From assembly GCF_009914755.1 (NCBI RefSeq), contig NC_060948.1: 64,000 bases of DNA. One strand, written 5' to 3'. This DNA is from the human T2T-CHM13v2.0 reference genome, Homo sapiens. Positions within the stretch are counted from its first letter, which is position 1. The number at the start of each line of letters is the position of its first letter. The notes under the pieces are model-generated. The model saw nothing but the letters and a program-made list of their open reading frames with translations, was not told where the DNA came from and did not search any database. Made by a program: the position numbers and the translations under genes. Shown piece by piece: positions 1 through 15,000 of this stretch.

Positions 1-3000
1 TATGCAAGTCCTTTCTCTTTGTATACAAGGTCTTTCACTGGGCTGTTGCTGGATGGGACTGCCTCTCACCACAGATCTATTGGCTGCCAGGGATTTCAAG
101 GATGAAAAGAACTTCAGGTAGGCTGACTCCCTCCGGGTTGTGGTTTTTGGTCTCATTGTGAGTACTGAGGTTGTTTGCACTTTTCAGGAGGCTTTTGGGT
201 ACTCTGCCTGGAAACATTGAACATTGCTTGGACTCCAGCACAAAACAGGTCATTCTCTGAGGTGAGCTTTGATGTTTCTTTTCTTTCATAGAGAATCCAC
301 AGTACCCTACAAATGCACTGCTGGTCAGTTTCAGGCTTGCTATCACCACAGAGGGCATCTGATACATTGTCTCAACCTCATCTGCACCCGTGAGAGACCA
401 GACCGAAGTGAGAACACTGACCCATGTTGGACTTCTCTTTGTCATGGTTTTTGCCTTTTGCAGAGGGCCCCATCAAGGCCCAGGCTGAAGAGAGACAGTG
501 AGGTAAATAGCCCAGCCATCTTTCATTGGCACCCATCTCTGGGGTCTCACGTATAATTCTCTCACCCAAAGAACCCTCAGCAACACACCAGACCAAATTC
601 CAATTCCCATGAGACCCGATTCTTGCAAAAAGCATCCTTTGGGAATGGAGTAGGAAGAGCAGTTTCCAGCCACCACCTCACAGTCTCAAAATGCCTCCTC
701 CTCCAGCCGGTCTCAACCATGCAGATGGCCTGAAGGGGCCCTGAGGTCGAGACTGTAGAGTCTGACCATGGCTTCTAGCAGGCAACATTTTCACAACACC
801 AGACCGGTTTTACCTGTACCATTTTTTCTCTGCTTAGGCAGGCTGACAGCTCTGACAGCCATGCACTTGTACCTGCCCCGGGAATGCATATGCACTAGTC
901 TCAGGGTACCAGTTCTCATTGTGAACTCTGGCTAGCATCACAATGAATGTCAGCATTGCCTAGAGACAAGTTCCTGCCTCTTGAGGGAGAAGGAGACCTC
1001 GCTGTAGGCATGTCAGCTGTGGACTCTTGCCTGTCTTCTCTGTGGGATACTTGGGACAGTCTCATGATCCTACAAGAGGGCAGACATGAGCCAGCTGAAA
1101 GAAACATCAAACAGAGCCCCAGGAATAAACGGCAAAACCCCTAAGGATCCAAAAGATCGCAAGATTCCTCAGGCCTGCCTAGATGATGTAAGGGTGAGTT
1201 TTCTTGAAACTTGTTTCACTATGATTTCTAGTTACAGCCCACATGTTCCCCCGGGTTGCTTTCACCCAAATGGGGATTCCAGCAAAACCATGCAGCCTCA
1301 GAAGCTACCAAGTGCTGTGTTTCTTCAGGAGTGTTGCAAGTGTTGGATGTCTGTGTGTGTTTGGTATTGTGTATTTGTGTATGAGTGTGTTTGTGTGTGT
1401 CTATGTGTGCCTGTAAGTTGAGTCTACTTAAAGGAATGTGGCAAACACACTCCAGAGCTTCATTTTTTTGGATCTCCCAACCTTTTGTTGGCCTGTCTCT
1501 GTGGCTCTGCTTCGGCTGCGAGGCTTTGTGTTATTTTTTTTCTGTGGATCATGAATCTGCAGTAAATTAGGATGTGGGCTGGGACCCGCCAATGTCCAAA
1601 TCACCTCCCCCTGCAAAAACAAACAAACAAAAAAACACACACACACAAAAAAACAACACACTTCTAGAAAGAAGAGAAGCACACCACACCAAAAAACAGA
1701 CATCTCCCAGTGTTTCAGTGTTCTGTGGCCAACCCAGAAAGAAACACTAGCAGTCCTGTATGCAGGACCCCTTGAATTTACATAGAATTTGGCTCCCAGC
1801 TGAGCATGTGCTTCATGTCATGATGGGGAACTCCTCTATCATCTTGGGATATCATCCTTGGACCTAGAATGTGAACAGGGAAAAGTTCAGATAGGGGTGA
1901 GGATAAAATCTGGTGAGGAGTGGATGGGGTTCTGCAACTTCATCTGCAAAAAAAAAAAATAATGAAGACAGGTAACAAAGATAGTTCTTCAAACTCCATC
2001 CCCTCATTTTCTTAATTGCACAATCTGTCTGCACCTTGGCCCAGTGTTCAGGTGGGAGTACTCTAATGTGCAAAAAACATTTGGACTGCAAATTGGGGCC
2101 ATCTTGGCAAACTCTGGATTTGAGGCCTTTTATACCCAGAGTCAAATGTGAGTAGAATAGATTGATGATGTCTGGGATGTGGCTTCCACAATGGCCTCTT
2201 CTTTTCCTGACTTCCATGTTCCTTATAGGCCTAGGGTTTCCTGGGTCTGGCTCAACGACTTCCACATTAAACATTTCAGAATTCATGGAGAATGGGACTT
2301 ATGAAAATCCATTGCATTAATTTTTCTTTCTAAACGCTGTCATGTGTTAATGACTGCATGGCTTTGAATTTGTTAAAACGATAAATTCCTGTTACAGCTG
2401 CCATAAGGAAACTCGTGTTCACCCACTACTATCAGAGAGATGCATGATACCTGAAAAGTGAGAAGCTGACAGCCGTGTCTGCCTTGGTCTTGTAATCTAG
2501 CCTCTGTTTGGCTGCCAGGGATTTCAGAGAGCAAAAGGGACTTTGGTTAGGCTGGCTGCACTCCAGGTTGTGATGCTTGTCTCATAGTGGGAGCTGAGGT
2601 TGTTTGCATTTTCCAGGAGGATTTTGGGTCCTCTGACAGGAATTATTCAACAAAGCTTGAACTCCTGCACAAAGCAGCTTGTTCTCTCAGGCAAGCCTTC
2701 ATATTTTTATTTTTTATTTTTTTTTTGCTTTCACTGGGATTCAACAGTGCCCCTCAACAGCACTAATGGACACCCTTTTTAGACTCGCCATCACTGCAGA
2801 TGTCCTCTGAGACACTGAATCTCATCAGCACCTGTGAGAGGCCAGTATGAGCTATGAGAACACTGCTCTACCTTGGACTTGCCTTTGTTGTTGTTCCTGC
2901 TTTTCCCAGAGGGCCCCTGCAAGGCCCAAAATAAAGGGAGGCAATGAGGTCAAGAGCCAGGCTGTCTTTCTTTGACATTCACACCTGGGGTCTCAGGTAT

Positions 3001-6000
3001 GATTCTATCACTTAAAGAACCCTCAACGACACACCAGACAATTTTCCAATCACCATGGGACCCATTTCTGGCACACAGCCTCTTTTGGGAATGGATTCAG
3101 AAGAGCAGTTTCCAGTGACCACCTCACAGTCTGGAAATGCCTCTCCCTCCAGTAGGACCTGACCAGAGAGGTGGCCAGAAAGGGGCGGCCTTAGGTTGAG
3201 AGTTTTAGGATCCTGCAGTGGGTTTTCACAGGCAGCATTTTTCCCAATACCAGTCTGGCTCTGCCTGTATTATTTTCCTCTGCTTGGGCAGACTGACAGG
3301 TCTGATGGCCAGGCACCTGGGCCTGCCTCACGAATGTGCATGCACAAGTCTCAGGGCACCAGGACTGATATTGAGCTTTAGTGAGCATCCCAATGAATGT
3401 CATTGTTGCCTAGCAACAAGTCCCTTCATCTTTGCAGAGAAAAAGGCCTACGTGGAGCTGCGTGGTTGGTGAACTCTTGCCTGTCTTCTCTGTGGAAACC
3501 ACAGGATAGTCCCATGAGCCTAGGAGAGGGCAAATGAGAGCCAGCCTGAAGAAACATCGACCACAGCACTAGGAATAAACCTCAAAATCCCTAAGGATCC
3601 AAAAAAATCGGAAGGATTCCTTAGGCCTGCCTAGACTTTGTAGGTGTGAGTCTTTTTGAAACTTGCAGTACTGTGATTTCTAGGAGCAGGCCACCTGTAT
3701 TGCCTGGGGTTGCTCTATGCCACATTAGCTTCTTGCAAAACCACACAGCCACAGGAGCTGACAAACTGTTTCTGAAAGAGTGTTGTGAGAGTTGGATGTT
3801 GGCATGGGTGTGTGGCTTTGTTTTTTGTGTGTGTGTGTTTGTGTGTGCCTGTAAGTGGAGTCTGCTTAAGGAATGTGGCTACCACACTTTGGTGCTTCTT
3901 TTTTTAATTGAGTCTCACAAATTTGGTGGCCTGTCTGTGTGGCTCTGCTTGGGCCGCAGGGCTCCATGTTCTTTATTTTCCTGTGGCTCATGAATCCACA
4001 GTGAATTGGGGGCCGGGCTGAGACCTACCAGCATCCAAGTCACCTACCACAGCAAAAAAAGCCACTCTTCTAGAATGAAGAGGAGCACACCACACCAAAA
4101 CAAAACAAAACAAAAAAAAAAAAAAAGAAAAAAAAAAACAGGCATCTGCCAGTGTTTCATTGTCCTGTGGCCAACCAAGAAAGAGACACTGTCAGTCCTG
4201 TCCTCATGGCCCCTTGAATTTACCAAGAATTCAGTTCACTGCCAAGCAGGTTCTTCTGGTCATGAGACGGCACTCCTCCATCGTCTGGGCATTTATCCTG
4301 GGACATACAGGGTGAGCAGGAATAGGGTCAGGTAGGAGTGAGGATACAATCTGGTGAAGGTTGGATGAAGCCCCACAACTTCACCTGCAAAAAAAACATG
4401 AAGACAGATGACACAGAAGGTGCTTCCAACTCAACCCCCACATTCCCTTAATTACACAAGTAGTCCACACCATAATGTGGGTTCAAGTTGGAGCACTGCA
4501 ATGTGAAAGGAACATTTGGAGTGCAAATCCGGCCCATCCTGTCAAACTTCTGATTTGAAGGCTTTCAAACCCGGAGCCAAATGGGAGTGGAATGAATTGA
4601 TGTTGGGTGGGATGTGGCCTCCAAACTTGCCTCTTCTTTTCCTCACTTGCATGTTCCTCATTGGCCTGGGGTTTCCTGGGTTTGGCTGAACAACTGTTAC
4701 ACTAAACATTTCTGAGTTCATGGAGAACATCCCTCATGGGAATCCACTGAGTGAGTGTTTTCTTCTAAACACTGTCACGTTTTAATAACTGGGCAGCTTT
4801 GATGCTTTTAAAACTAAATTCCCATTACAGCCACCAACAATGAAACTCTTCTTTTCCCTCTGCTCTCAGAGGGCTGCATGATTCTTGTATTATGAGAAGC
4901 ATGTAGCTGTGTCTAGATTTTGCCTGGTAATCTAGCCTCTGCTTCATTTCATCTGCTCCTCCTTCTCATTGTGAATGGGTTCTTTCATTGGGCTGTTAAT
5001 GGATGGGTATGCCTCTTGCCACAGATATTTTGGCTGCCAGGGATTTCAGGAAGCAAAATGGTTATAGAGTAGACTGGCTGCACATCGGGTTTTAGGTCAT
5101 TGTCTTGTTGTGGGGTCTGAGGTTGTTTGCATTTTGAAAGAGGCTTTTTATTTCTGTGACAGGAATATTGGTACATTGCTTGGACTCTAGCACAAGTCAG
5201 CTCGTTCTTTCAGATGATGCTTGATGTTTCTTGGCTTTCATGGGGGATTCACATTGCCACTCAACCACACTACTGGATACACTTTTCAGGCTTGCCATCA
5301 CCACAGATGGCCTCTGAGACACTGTTTGAACCACATCTGCACCTGTGAGAGGCCAGTTTGAGGTATGAGAACACTGTTTCAATTTGGACTTGCCTTTGTC
5401 TTGGTTCCTGCTTTTCCCAGATAGCACCTACCCAACCCAGGATGAATGAGTGCAGAGAGGTCAAGTGCCAGGCCATCTTTTGCTGACACCCTTTTCTGGT
5501 ATTTCAGGTATAAGTCCATCATCCAAAGACTGCTCAACATCTCACCAGAATATATTTCAATCCTCATGGGGCATGATTCTTTCACAAAACCCCTTTCAGG
5601 AATGGAGTCAGAAGAGTAGTTTCCAGAGACAACCTCACAGTCTTGAAACGGCTCTGCCTCCCATGTGATCTGACCATGGAGATGGCATATAAGGGCCCTA
5701 AGTTTGAGACTTTTAGGGTACTGCAATGCGTTATCACAGGCAGCCTTTATCCTGATACCAAGCCAGCTCTGCCTGTACCATTTTCCTCTGCTTAGGCAGG
5801 CTGACAGCCCTGACACCCTGGTGCTCCAGTTTGAGTCACTATATGTGGATGTGCTAGTCTTAGGGCAATGGACCTGAGCTGTGAGCTGTAGCTAGTGTCA
5901 CAATGAATGCCAGCTTTGCTAGTAACAATTCCCTTTGGCTTGGTAGAGAAGGAGACCTCTGTGGAGGTACAATGGTGGTGCACTGTCACCTGTCTTCTCT

Positions 6001-9000
6001 GTGGGATCCATGGGACAGTTCCATGATCCTAGGAGAGGGTAGATGTGAGCCAGCCTGAAGAAATGTCAAGCAGAGCCCCAGGAATGAAGCACAAAATCAC
6101 TACAGATCCAAAAGGATCTGCAGAATTTGTCAGGCCTGCCTAGACATTGTAGGGGTTAGTCTTATTGAAATGTGTCCCACTGTAATTTCCAACTTCAGCC
6201 TTCCTGTGTTCCCAGCAGTTTCTCTCTCCCAGGTGGGGCTTTCTGCAGAATGACACAGCCTCAGAAGCTACTGGGCTGTGTGTTACTGTGGGAGTGTTGC
6301 GAGTGTTGGATGTCAGCATGTGTGTGTGGCTTTGTGTGTTTGTGTATGTGTCTGTGTGTGTGTATGTAAATGAATTCTGTGGATCAGGAATCAGCAATGA
6401 CTAGTTAAGCTGTCTGTGACCAGCCGGGTTCCCCATCGTCTGCCCCTGCCAAAAAAACAGGTACTCTTCTACAAAGAAGAGGAGAGCACCACACCCAAGA
6501 ACAGACATCTCCCAGTGTTGCATTATAAAGCAGCCAACCCACAGACACTAGCACTCTGGTCTGCATAGCCCCTTTAATTTACCTAGAATTCAGTTCCCAG
6601 CCAAGTAGGTGCTTCATGTCCTGAGGGTGCAATCCTCCATCATCTTGAGATTTCATGCTGGTACAGAGAGTGTGACAGCAATAAGGTCAGATAGGGGTGA
6701 GTATACAACCTGGTGAAGGGTGGATGGGGTCCCGTACCTTCACCAGCAAAAAGGGTGAAAATAGATGACACAGAATGTGCTTCCAACTCCATCCCCACAT
6801 TCCCATAATTGCAAAATCAGTCAACAACATGGCCTGGTGTTTAGGTGGGAGTACTCCAACCTGCAGGAAAAATTTGGAGTGCAAATTGTGGCCAATCTGG
6901 AAAACTCCTGGTTTGAGGGTTTTAATACCTGTAGTCAAATGGAAGTGGAATAGATTGATGCTGGGTGGGTTGTGGCCTCCACATTTGTGTCCTCTTTTAC
7001 TGACTTCCATTGTCCTCATTGGTGTAGGGCTTCCTGGATCTGGCTCAACATCTTCCACACTAAACTCTTCCCTGTTCACAGAAGACCATCATAAAAATGC
7101 ATTGTGTGAGTATTTACTTGTAAACACTGTCACGATTTAATGACTGAGTTTCTGTGATACTTTTAAAATCATAAACTACTATTACAACCAGCAACAGGGA
7201 AACTTTTGTTCTCCCACCGTTATCAGAGGGCTGCAGGGTTCGTGAAGGAGGAGAACCAGGCAGCCATGTCTGGCTTTTGCCTTGTAATCTAGGCTCTGTT
7301 TCCCTTCATCTGCAGACTATCTTCCAGTCCCCATAGCTATCTGATTCTTCCACACAGCCTCTTTTGAAAATTGAGTCAGAGAGCAGTTTCCAAAGACCCC
7401 ATCACAATCTCAAATTGCCTCCTCCTCCAGCAGGACCAAACCACTGATACAGCTGGAAGAGGCCCTGGGGTCAAGACATTAACAGTCCTGCAGAGGGTTT
7501 TCATATGCAGCCTTTTTCCTGACAATAGGCCATCTCTGCCTGTAACCTTTTCCTCTGCTTAGGCAGGCTGACAGCTCTGACAGCCTGGTGCCCAACCTGT
7601 CTCATGAACAAGCAAGCACCACTCTCAGAGCACCAGGCCTGAAAGTGAGCTTTGGCTAGCACCATAATGAACGTCACCATTGCCAGCAACATGTAATAGT
7701 CCCATGAATGTAGGAAAGGGCAGACATGATTCAGCCTGAAGAAACCTCAAGCAGAGCCCCAGAAATAAACTGCAAAATCCCTAATAATCCAAAATGATAT
7801 GCAGGATTCATTAGGCCTGCCTAAATGCTGTAGGGGTGAGAATTTTTGAAAAGTGCCCCTAGGTGATTTTTAGGTACATCCTTCTTCTGTTCTCCGAGGT
7901 TGCTCACTCCAAGGTGGGGCTTCCTACAGAACCACTGAGCATCAGGAGCTGCCAGGCTGTGTGTTTCTGTGGGACTGTTGCAAGTGTTGGATGTCTGCAT
8001 GTGTGTGTGGCATTGTGTGCTTGTTGGTGTGTGTCTGTGTGTGTGTGCTTTTAAGTGCAGTCTGCTTAAAGGAATATGGCTAACACACATCAGTGCTTCT
8101 TTTTTTTTAGTTTTCCAACCTTTTTGTGGCCAGTCTATGTGGCTCTGCTTGGGGTTTGGGGCTCCATGTTCTTCATTTTCCTGTGGATCATGAATCCACA
8201 GTGAATTCAATGGCAGCTGAGATACCCCGGCATCCAAATCACCACCCCTGTGAAAAAAGCCACTCTTCTAGAAAGAAGAGGAGCAAACCACACCAAAAAC
8301 AGACAACTCCTAGTTTTTCATTATCTTGAGGCAAACCCAAGGAGAGACACTGTCAGTCCTGTCCACAGGGCCCCTTGAATTAACCTCGAATTCAGTTGTC
8401 AGCCAAGCAGGTGCTTCATGTCATAAGGGGGAAAGCCTCCATCATCTTGGGATTTCATCCTGAGAAATAGAGTGTAAGCAGAAATAAAGTCAGATAGGGG
8501 TGTGGATACAATCTAGTAAGGGTTGGATGGGGTTCTGCAACCCCACCTGTAAAAAAATATGAATACTGATGACAAACAAGGAGCTTTCAACTCCATTTCC
8601 ACATTACTTTAAGCACCAGCATTCCACACCATGGCCCACTGTTCAGTTGGGAGTACTCCACAGTAAAAGACCATTTGGAGTGCAAATTGAGGCCGTCCTG
8701 GCAAACTCCAGATTTGAGGGCTTTCTTACCTGGAGTCAAATGGAGGTGGAATGGATTGATGCTGGGTGGGATGTGGCCTCCAGACTTGCCTCTTCTTTTC
8801 CTGACTTTCATGTTTCTCATGAGCATATGGTTTCCTGGGTCTGGCTCAACGACTTCCACACTAAACATTTCCCAGTTCATGAAGAACAACCCCCATGAGA
8901 ATTCATTGCATGAATGTTTCCTTCTAAACACTATCAGGTTGTAATGACTGGGGAGCTTTGATACTTTTAAAACCATAAATTCCCATTACTGCCACCAATA

Positions 9001-12000
9001 AGGAAACTCTTGTTTCTCCCACTTCTACCAGAGGGTTACAGGATTCCTGTAGGATGAGAAGCAGGCAGCCATTTCTGGCTTTTGTCTGGTAATCTAGCCT
9101 CTGTTTTATTTCTTCTGCACTGCAGTCTCATTGCGGAGGGGCTCTTTCATTGGGCTGTTGCTGGATGGAACGGCCTCTTGCCACAGATTATTTGGTTGCC
9201 AAAGATTTCTGAGAACCAAAGTGACCTCAGGTAGGCTGGCTGAGTCCAGGTTGTGTGTCATTGTCCTGTTGTGGGGACTGAGATTGTTTGCACTTTGTCA
9301 GAGGCTTTTGAGCCCTCTGATATGAGTCATTGAACATTGCTTGGACTCCATCACAAGGTAGCTCATTCTTTCAGGTGAGCATTGATTTTTCTTTGCTTTC
9401 ATGGGGAATCCACATTGCCCCTCAACAGTAGTACTGGACACCATTTTCAGGCTTACCATCACCACAAACAGCCTCTTAGACACTGTCTCAACCTCATCTG
9501 CACCTGTGAGTTGTGAGCCCCAGGTGTCAGCACACTGCTTTACTGTGGACTATCCTTTGTCGTGGTTCCTGCCTTTTGCAGAGAGGCCCTGCAAGGACCA
9601 GGATGAAGGGAGACAGTGAGGTCAAGAGCCCAGCCATCTTTCACTGACACCCACTTCTGGGTTCTCAGGTAAGTTCCTATCACCAAAATAACCCTCAACA
9701 ACATACCAGACTATATTCCAATCCCCAAGCGACCTGATTCTTACACAGCCTCTTTTCAGAATGGAGTCAGAAGGGCAGTTTCCAGAGACTCACTCACAGT
9801 CATGAAACACCTCCTTCTCCAGAGAAACCTGACAACGGAGATGGCCCAAAGCATTCCTGAGGTTGAGACTCTTAATATCCCACAGTGGATTTTTGCCAGC
9901 AGCCTTTTTCATGATACCAACCTGGCTCTGCCTGTACCATTTTTTTCTGCTAAGGCAGGCTGACAGCTCTGACAGACAAGTTCCTACGCTGACATCACGA
10001 ATATGCACATGCTTGTCTCAGGGCACCAGGCCTGATTGTGAGCTTTGGCTAGCATCACATTAAATGTCACCGTGGCCTAGTGACAAGTCCCTGCTACTTA
10101 GCTGAGAAACAGGCCTCTGTGAAGGTGCAGTGGTGTTGTACTCTTGCTTGTTTTCTCTGTGGGATCCATGGGATAGACACATGATCCTAGGAGAGGGCAG
10201 GCATGAGCCAGCCTGAAAAAATTCAAGCATAGCCCAAGGAATAAACTGTGAAATCCCCAAAGATCCAAAAGTATTTGCAGGATTTCTCAGTTCCACCAAG
10301 ATATTGTAGAAATTAGTCTTCCAGAAACTGCCCCACTGTGATTTCTAGATACAGCCCCCAGTTGTTCCCCAGGATTGATGTCTCCCAGGTGGGGTTTCAT
10401 GAAGAACCACACAGCCTCTAGAGCTGCTGGGCTGTGTGTTTCTGTAGGAGTGTTGCAAGTGTTGGATGTCTGCATGTGTGTTTGTGTCTGTGTGTGTTTG
10501 TGTGTGTGTGCCTGTAAGTGGAGTCAGCTTAAAGGAATGGGGCTAACACACTCCAGCATTTCTTTTTTTTTTGAGACTCCTATCTTTTGTTGGCTTGTGT
10601 GGCTCTGCTGGAGCTGCAGGGCTCCATGTTCTCTATTTTTCTGTTGATCATGAATCCATGGTGAACTGGGAGGTGGCCTGAGACCCCCCGGCATCCAAAT
10701 TACCTCCCCTTGAAATAAAAAAAGGCCCTCTCTAGAAAGAAGAGGAGCACACCACACACACACACAAACAAACATATCCCAGTGTTTTCTCATCCTGTGG
10801 CCAAATCAGGGAGAGACACTAGTCATCCTGTCTTCAAGGCCCCTTGAATTTACCTCGAATTCAATCAGATGCTTCACATCATGAAGGGACACACTTCTAT
10901 TGTCTTGGGATTTCATCCTGTGAAATAGAATGTGAGCAGCAATAAGGTCAGATAGAGGTGAGTATATAATCTACTGAGGGGTGGATAGAGTCCCACAATT
11001 TCACCTGCAAAGGAATTGTCCACACCATGTCCTGGTTTCAGGTGGAATTACTTCAACCTTCAAGGGACACTTGGTATACAAATTGGGGCCATTCTGGCAA
11101 ACTTCTCACATGAGAGCTTTCATATCTCAGCCAAATGGGGGTGGAATGCATTAATGCTGTGTGCAATGTGACCCCTAAACTTGCCTCTTCTTTTCCTGAC
11201 TTCCATGTCCATCATTGGCTGAGGGTTTACTGTGACTGGCTCGATGACTTCCACACTAAACATTTCCCAGTTCACAGAGAATCACCCTCATGGGAATCCA
11301 TTGCATGAGTGTTTCCTTCTAAACAGTCATGTTTTAATGACTGGGCATCTTAGATACTTTTAAAACAATAAATTCCCATTACAGCTGCCAGCAAGAAAAC
11401 TCCTGTTCTCCCTCTTCTATTGGAGGGCTGCATGATTCCTGAAGAATGAAAATCAGGCAGCCATGTCTGGCTTTTGCCCAGTAATCCAGCATTTGTTTCA
11501 TCTCATCTGCACCACCTTCTGATTGTGGAAGTGATTTTTTATTGGGCTGCTGCTGGATTGGACTGCTTTTCACCACAAATTATTTAGCTGCCAGGGATTT
11601 CATAAAGCAAAAAGGTCTTTGGGTAGGCTGGCTGCACTATAGGTTTTGGGTCATTTTCTCATTGTGGTGACTGAGGTTGTTAGCACTTTGCAGCAGGGTT
11701 TTGGGTCCTCTGACAGGAAATATTGAAAATTTCTGGGCTCCATCACAAGGCAGCCCATTCTCTCTGGTGAGCATTGATTTTTCTTTGTTTTCATGTTGAA
11801 TCCACAGTGCCCCTCAATAGCACCACTGGACACTCTTCTCAGGCTTGCCATTGCCACAGACAACCTCTGAGACATGGTCTCAATTTTATCTGCACCCATG
11901 AGAGGCCAGTCCAAAGTACTGTTTCACATTGGACTTGGCTTTTTCATGGTTCCTTCCTTTCTCAAAGAATCCCTGCAAGGCCCAGGATGAAGGGAGACAG

Positions 12001-15000
12001 TGAGGTCAAAAGCCTGGCCATCTTTCACTGACACCCCATCGTATTCGATTCTGGCACACAGCCTCCTATGGGAATGAAGCTGGAAGAGTGGATTCCAGTG
12101 ACAACCTCACAGTCTTGAAATGCATCCTCCTCCAGTGGGACCCGACCACAGAGGCTGCCTGAAGGGGCCCTGAGGTTGAGACTTTTGGGGACCCACAGTG
12201 GGTTTTCACAGGCAGCATTTTTTCTGATAGTATGCCAGCTCTGCCTCTACCATTTTTCTCTGCTAGTCAGACTGACAGCTGTAAGAGCTGGGTGCCCGAG
12301 CCTGCTTCATGAATGCACATGCACTATTCTCCAGGTCAGACTGTGAGCTCTGGCTAGCATCCCAAAAATATCACCACTGCCTAGCCACAAGTCCCTGCCT
12401 CCTGTCAGAGAAGGAGACCTCCGTAGAGGTTTGTCCATGGTGAACTGTCACCTGTCTTCTCTGCAGAATCCGCGGGATAGTCCCATGATCCTAGGAGATT
12501 TCAGATGAGAGACAGTGTGAGGAAATGAAAGCATAGTCCCAGGAATAAACTGCAAAATCTTTAGGAATCCAAAAGGATCTGCTGTTTACCTCAGGCCTGC
12601 CTAGATGTAGGTGTGAGTTTTTTTGAAACTTGCCCCCATGTGATTTCTAGTTACAGCTCGCCTGTGTTCCCCAGGGTTGCTCTATGCCAGGTGTGGCTTC
12701 CTGCAGAACCACACAACCTCAGAGGCTGCCAGACTGTGTGTTTCTGTGGGAGTGTTGTGAGTGTTGAAAGTCTGTGTATGTGTGTGGCATTGTGTGATTG
12801 TGTGTCTCTGTGTTTGTGCTTGTATGTGCAGTCTGCTTAAAGAAATGTGGCTATCACACTTCACTGCTTCTTTTTCTGTGTCTCCAAACCTTCTGTTTGG
12901 CCTTTATGTGTGGCTCTGCTTGGCTTGCGGGGCTCCATGTTTTTAAATTTTCTGTGTATCGTGAATCCGCAGTGAATTGGGAGGCGGGCAAGGATCCACT
13001 GGCATCCAAATCACCTCCTCCTGAAAAAAAAGTCCACTTTTCTAGAAAGAAGAAGGACACACCACACCACAAAAAGTGGAAAAATTGACATCTGCCACAT
13101 TTCATTGCCCTGCTTCCAACCCAGGGAGAGGCAATTAAAGTCCTGTCTGCAGGTGCCCTTGAATTTACCACAAATTCAGTTTCCAGCCATGCAGGTGCTT
13201 CAAATCATGAAGGGTCCCTTCTCCATTGTCTTAGGTTTTCATTCTGGGACATTGAGTGTGAGAAGGAATAAGGTGAGACTGGAGTGAGGATACAATTAGA
13301 TGAGGGGTGGAAGGGGTCCCACAACTTCCCATGCAATAAAAATGAAGACAATTGATGCAGGAGGTGATTCTACGTCTGTACTCACATTTAATTAATTGCA
13401 CAAACAGTCCACACCATGGCCCCAATGTTCAGGTGGGAGTTCTGCAATGTGCAAGGAATATTGGAAGTGCCAGTTGGGACCATCCTGGCAAACTCTGGAT
13501 TTGAGGTCTTTCATACACGGAGGCAAATGGGAGTGCAATGTATTGATGCTGGGTGGCATGTGGCCTTCACACTTGCCTCTTCTTTTCCTTTCTTCCATGC
13601 GCCTCATTGGCCTAGGGTTTCCTGGGTCTGGCTCAACAACTTCCACACTAAACATTTCCCAGTTCATGAAGAATGACCCTCACTGGAATCCATTGTGTGA
13701 GTGTTGGTTTCTAAGCATTGTCACATTTTAATGACTGCACAGCTTTAATATTTTTAAAACTGTAAATTTGTATTACAGTCACCAACAAAGAAACCCTTGT
13801 TCTCCCACTTGCATCAGAAAGCTGCACGATTTCTGAAGGATAAGAAGCAGGCAAACATGTCTAGCTTTTGCCTGGTAATCTAGTCTCTATTTTATTTCAT
13901 CTTCACGGCCTTCTCATTGTGGGAGGGCTGTTTCTTTGGGCTGTTCCTGGATGGGACTCCCTCTCTCTACAGTTTAATTAACTGCCAGGAATTTTAGACA
14001 GCAAAAGGGACTTTGTGTATGCTGGATGGGCTCCATGTTGTGATTGTTGTCTCGTTCTGGGGGCTGAGGTTCTTTGCACTTTGTGGGAGGCTTTTGCGTC
14101 CTCAGACAGGAATCGTTGAACATTGCCTGTACTCCAGCACAAGGCAGCTTGTTCTCTCATGCGAGCCTAGATTTTTCTTTGCTTTCATGGGGGATCCACA
14201 GTGTCCCCCAACTGCACTACTGCACATACTGTTCACCCTTGCCATCACCACAGATGACATCTGAGACACTGTTTCAATGTCATCTGTGCCCTTGAGAGGC
14301 CAGTCTGAGGTGTAAGAACAGGTCAAGTGCCGCCTCTGGGGTTTCAAGTATGATTCTTTTACCCAAAAAACCCTCAACAAAGTCTGATTCTATCACCCAA
14401 AAACCCCTCAACAGCACGCCAGACTATAAACCAATTTCCATGGGACCTGATTCTGACACACATTCTCTTTTGGGAATGGAGTCAGAACAGCAGTTTCCAG
14501 AGACCACCTCACAATCTCAAAATGCCTTCTCCTCCAATGGGACCCGATCACAGAGACGGACGAAGGGGCCCAGAGATGGAGACTTTTTTGGGTCCAGCAA
14601 TGGGTTTTCACAGGCTGCTTTTTTTCTGATACCAGGCAGGTTCTGCCTGTACCATTTTCCTTGGTTAGGCAGGCTAACAGCTCTGACAGCCAGGTAAGTG
14701 AACCTAACTCATGAATGTGTTTGCACTAGTCTTGGGGCACCAGACCTGATTGTGAGCTCTTTTGAGCATCACAATGAATGTTATCATTGCCTAGCAACAA
14801 GGCCCTGAGGCTTGGTGGAAAAAGGAGACCTTCATGGGGGTGCATCTGCAGTGGACTCTGCTTTTATTCTCTGTGAAATCCATGGCATAGTCCCACAATC
14901 CTAGGAGAGGGCAGAAGTGGATTCCTCAGGCCTGCCTAGACATTGTAGGGGTGTGTTTTTGAAACTTGCCCCACTGTGATTTCTAGTTACAGCCCCCCTT

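Noticed and set aside
1-2450. The unit itself as a tandemly amplified LTR element or retrogene
   Set aside because: I see no TG..CA termini with PBS/PPT, no retroviral motifs, and no poly(A) plus TSD at a unit boundary.
8262-8275. TTCTAGAA in most units as a heat-shock element
   Set aside because: Only two nGAAn pentamers are present and a functional HSE normally needs three. Recurrence is explained by unit homology.
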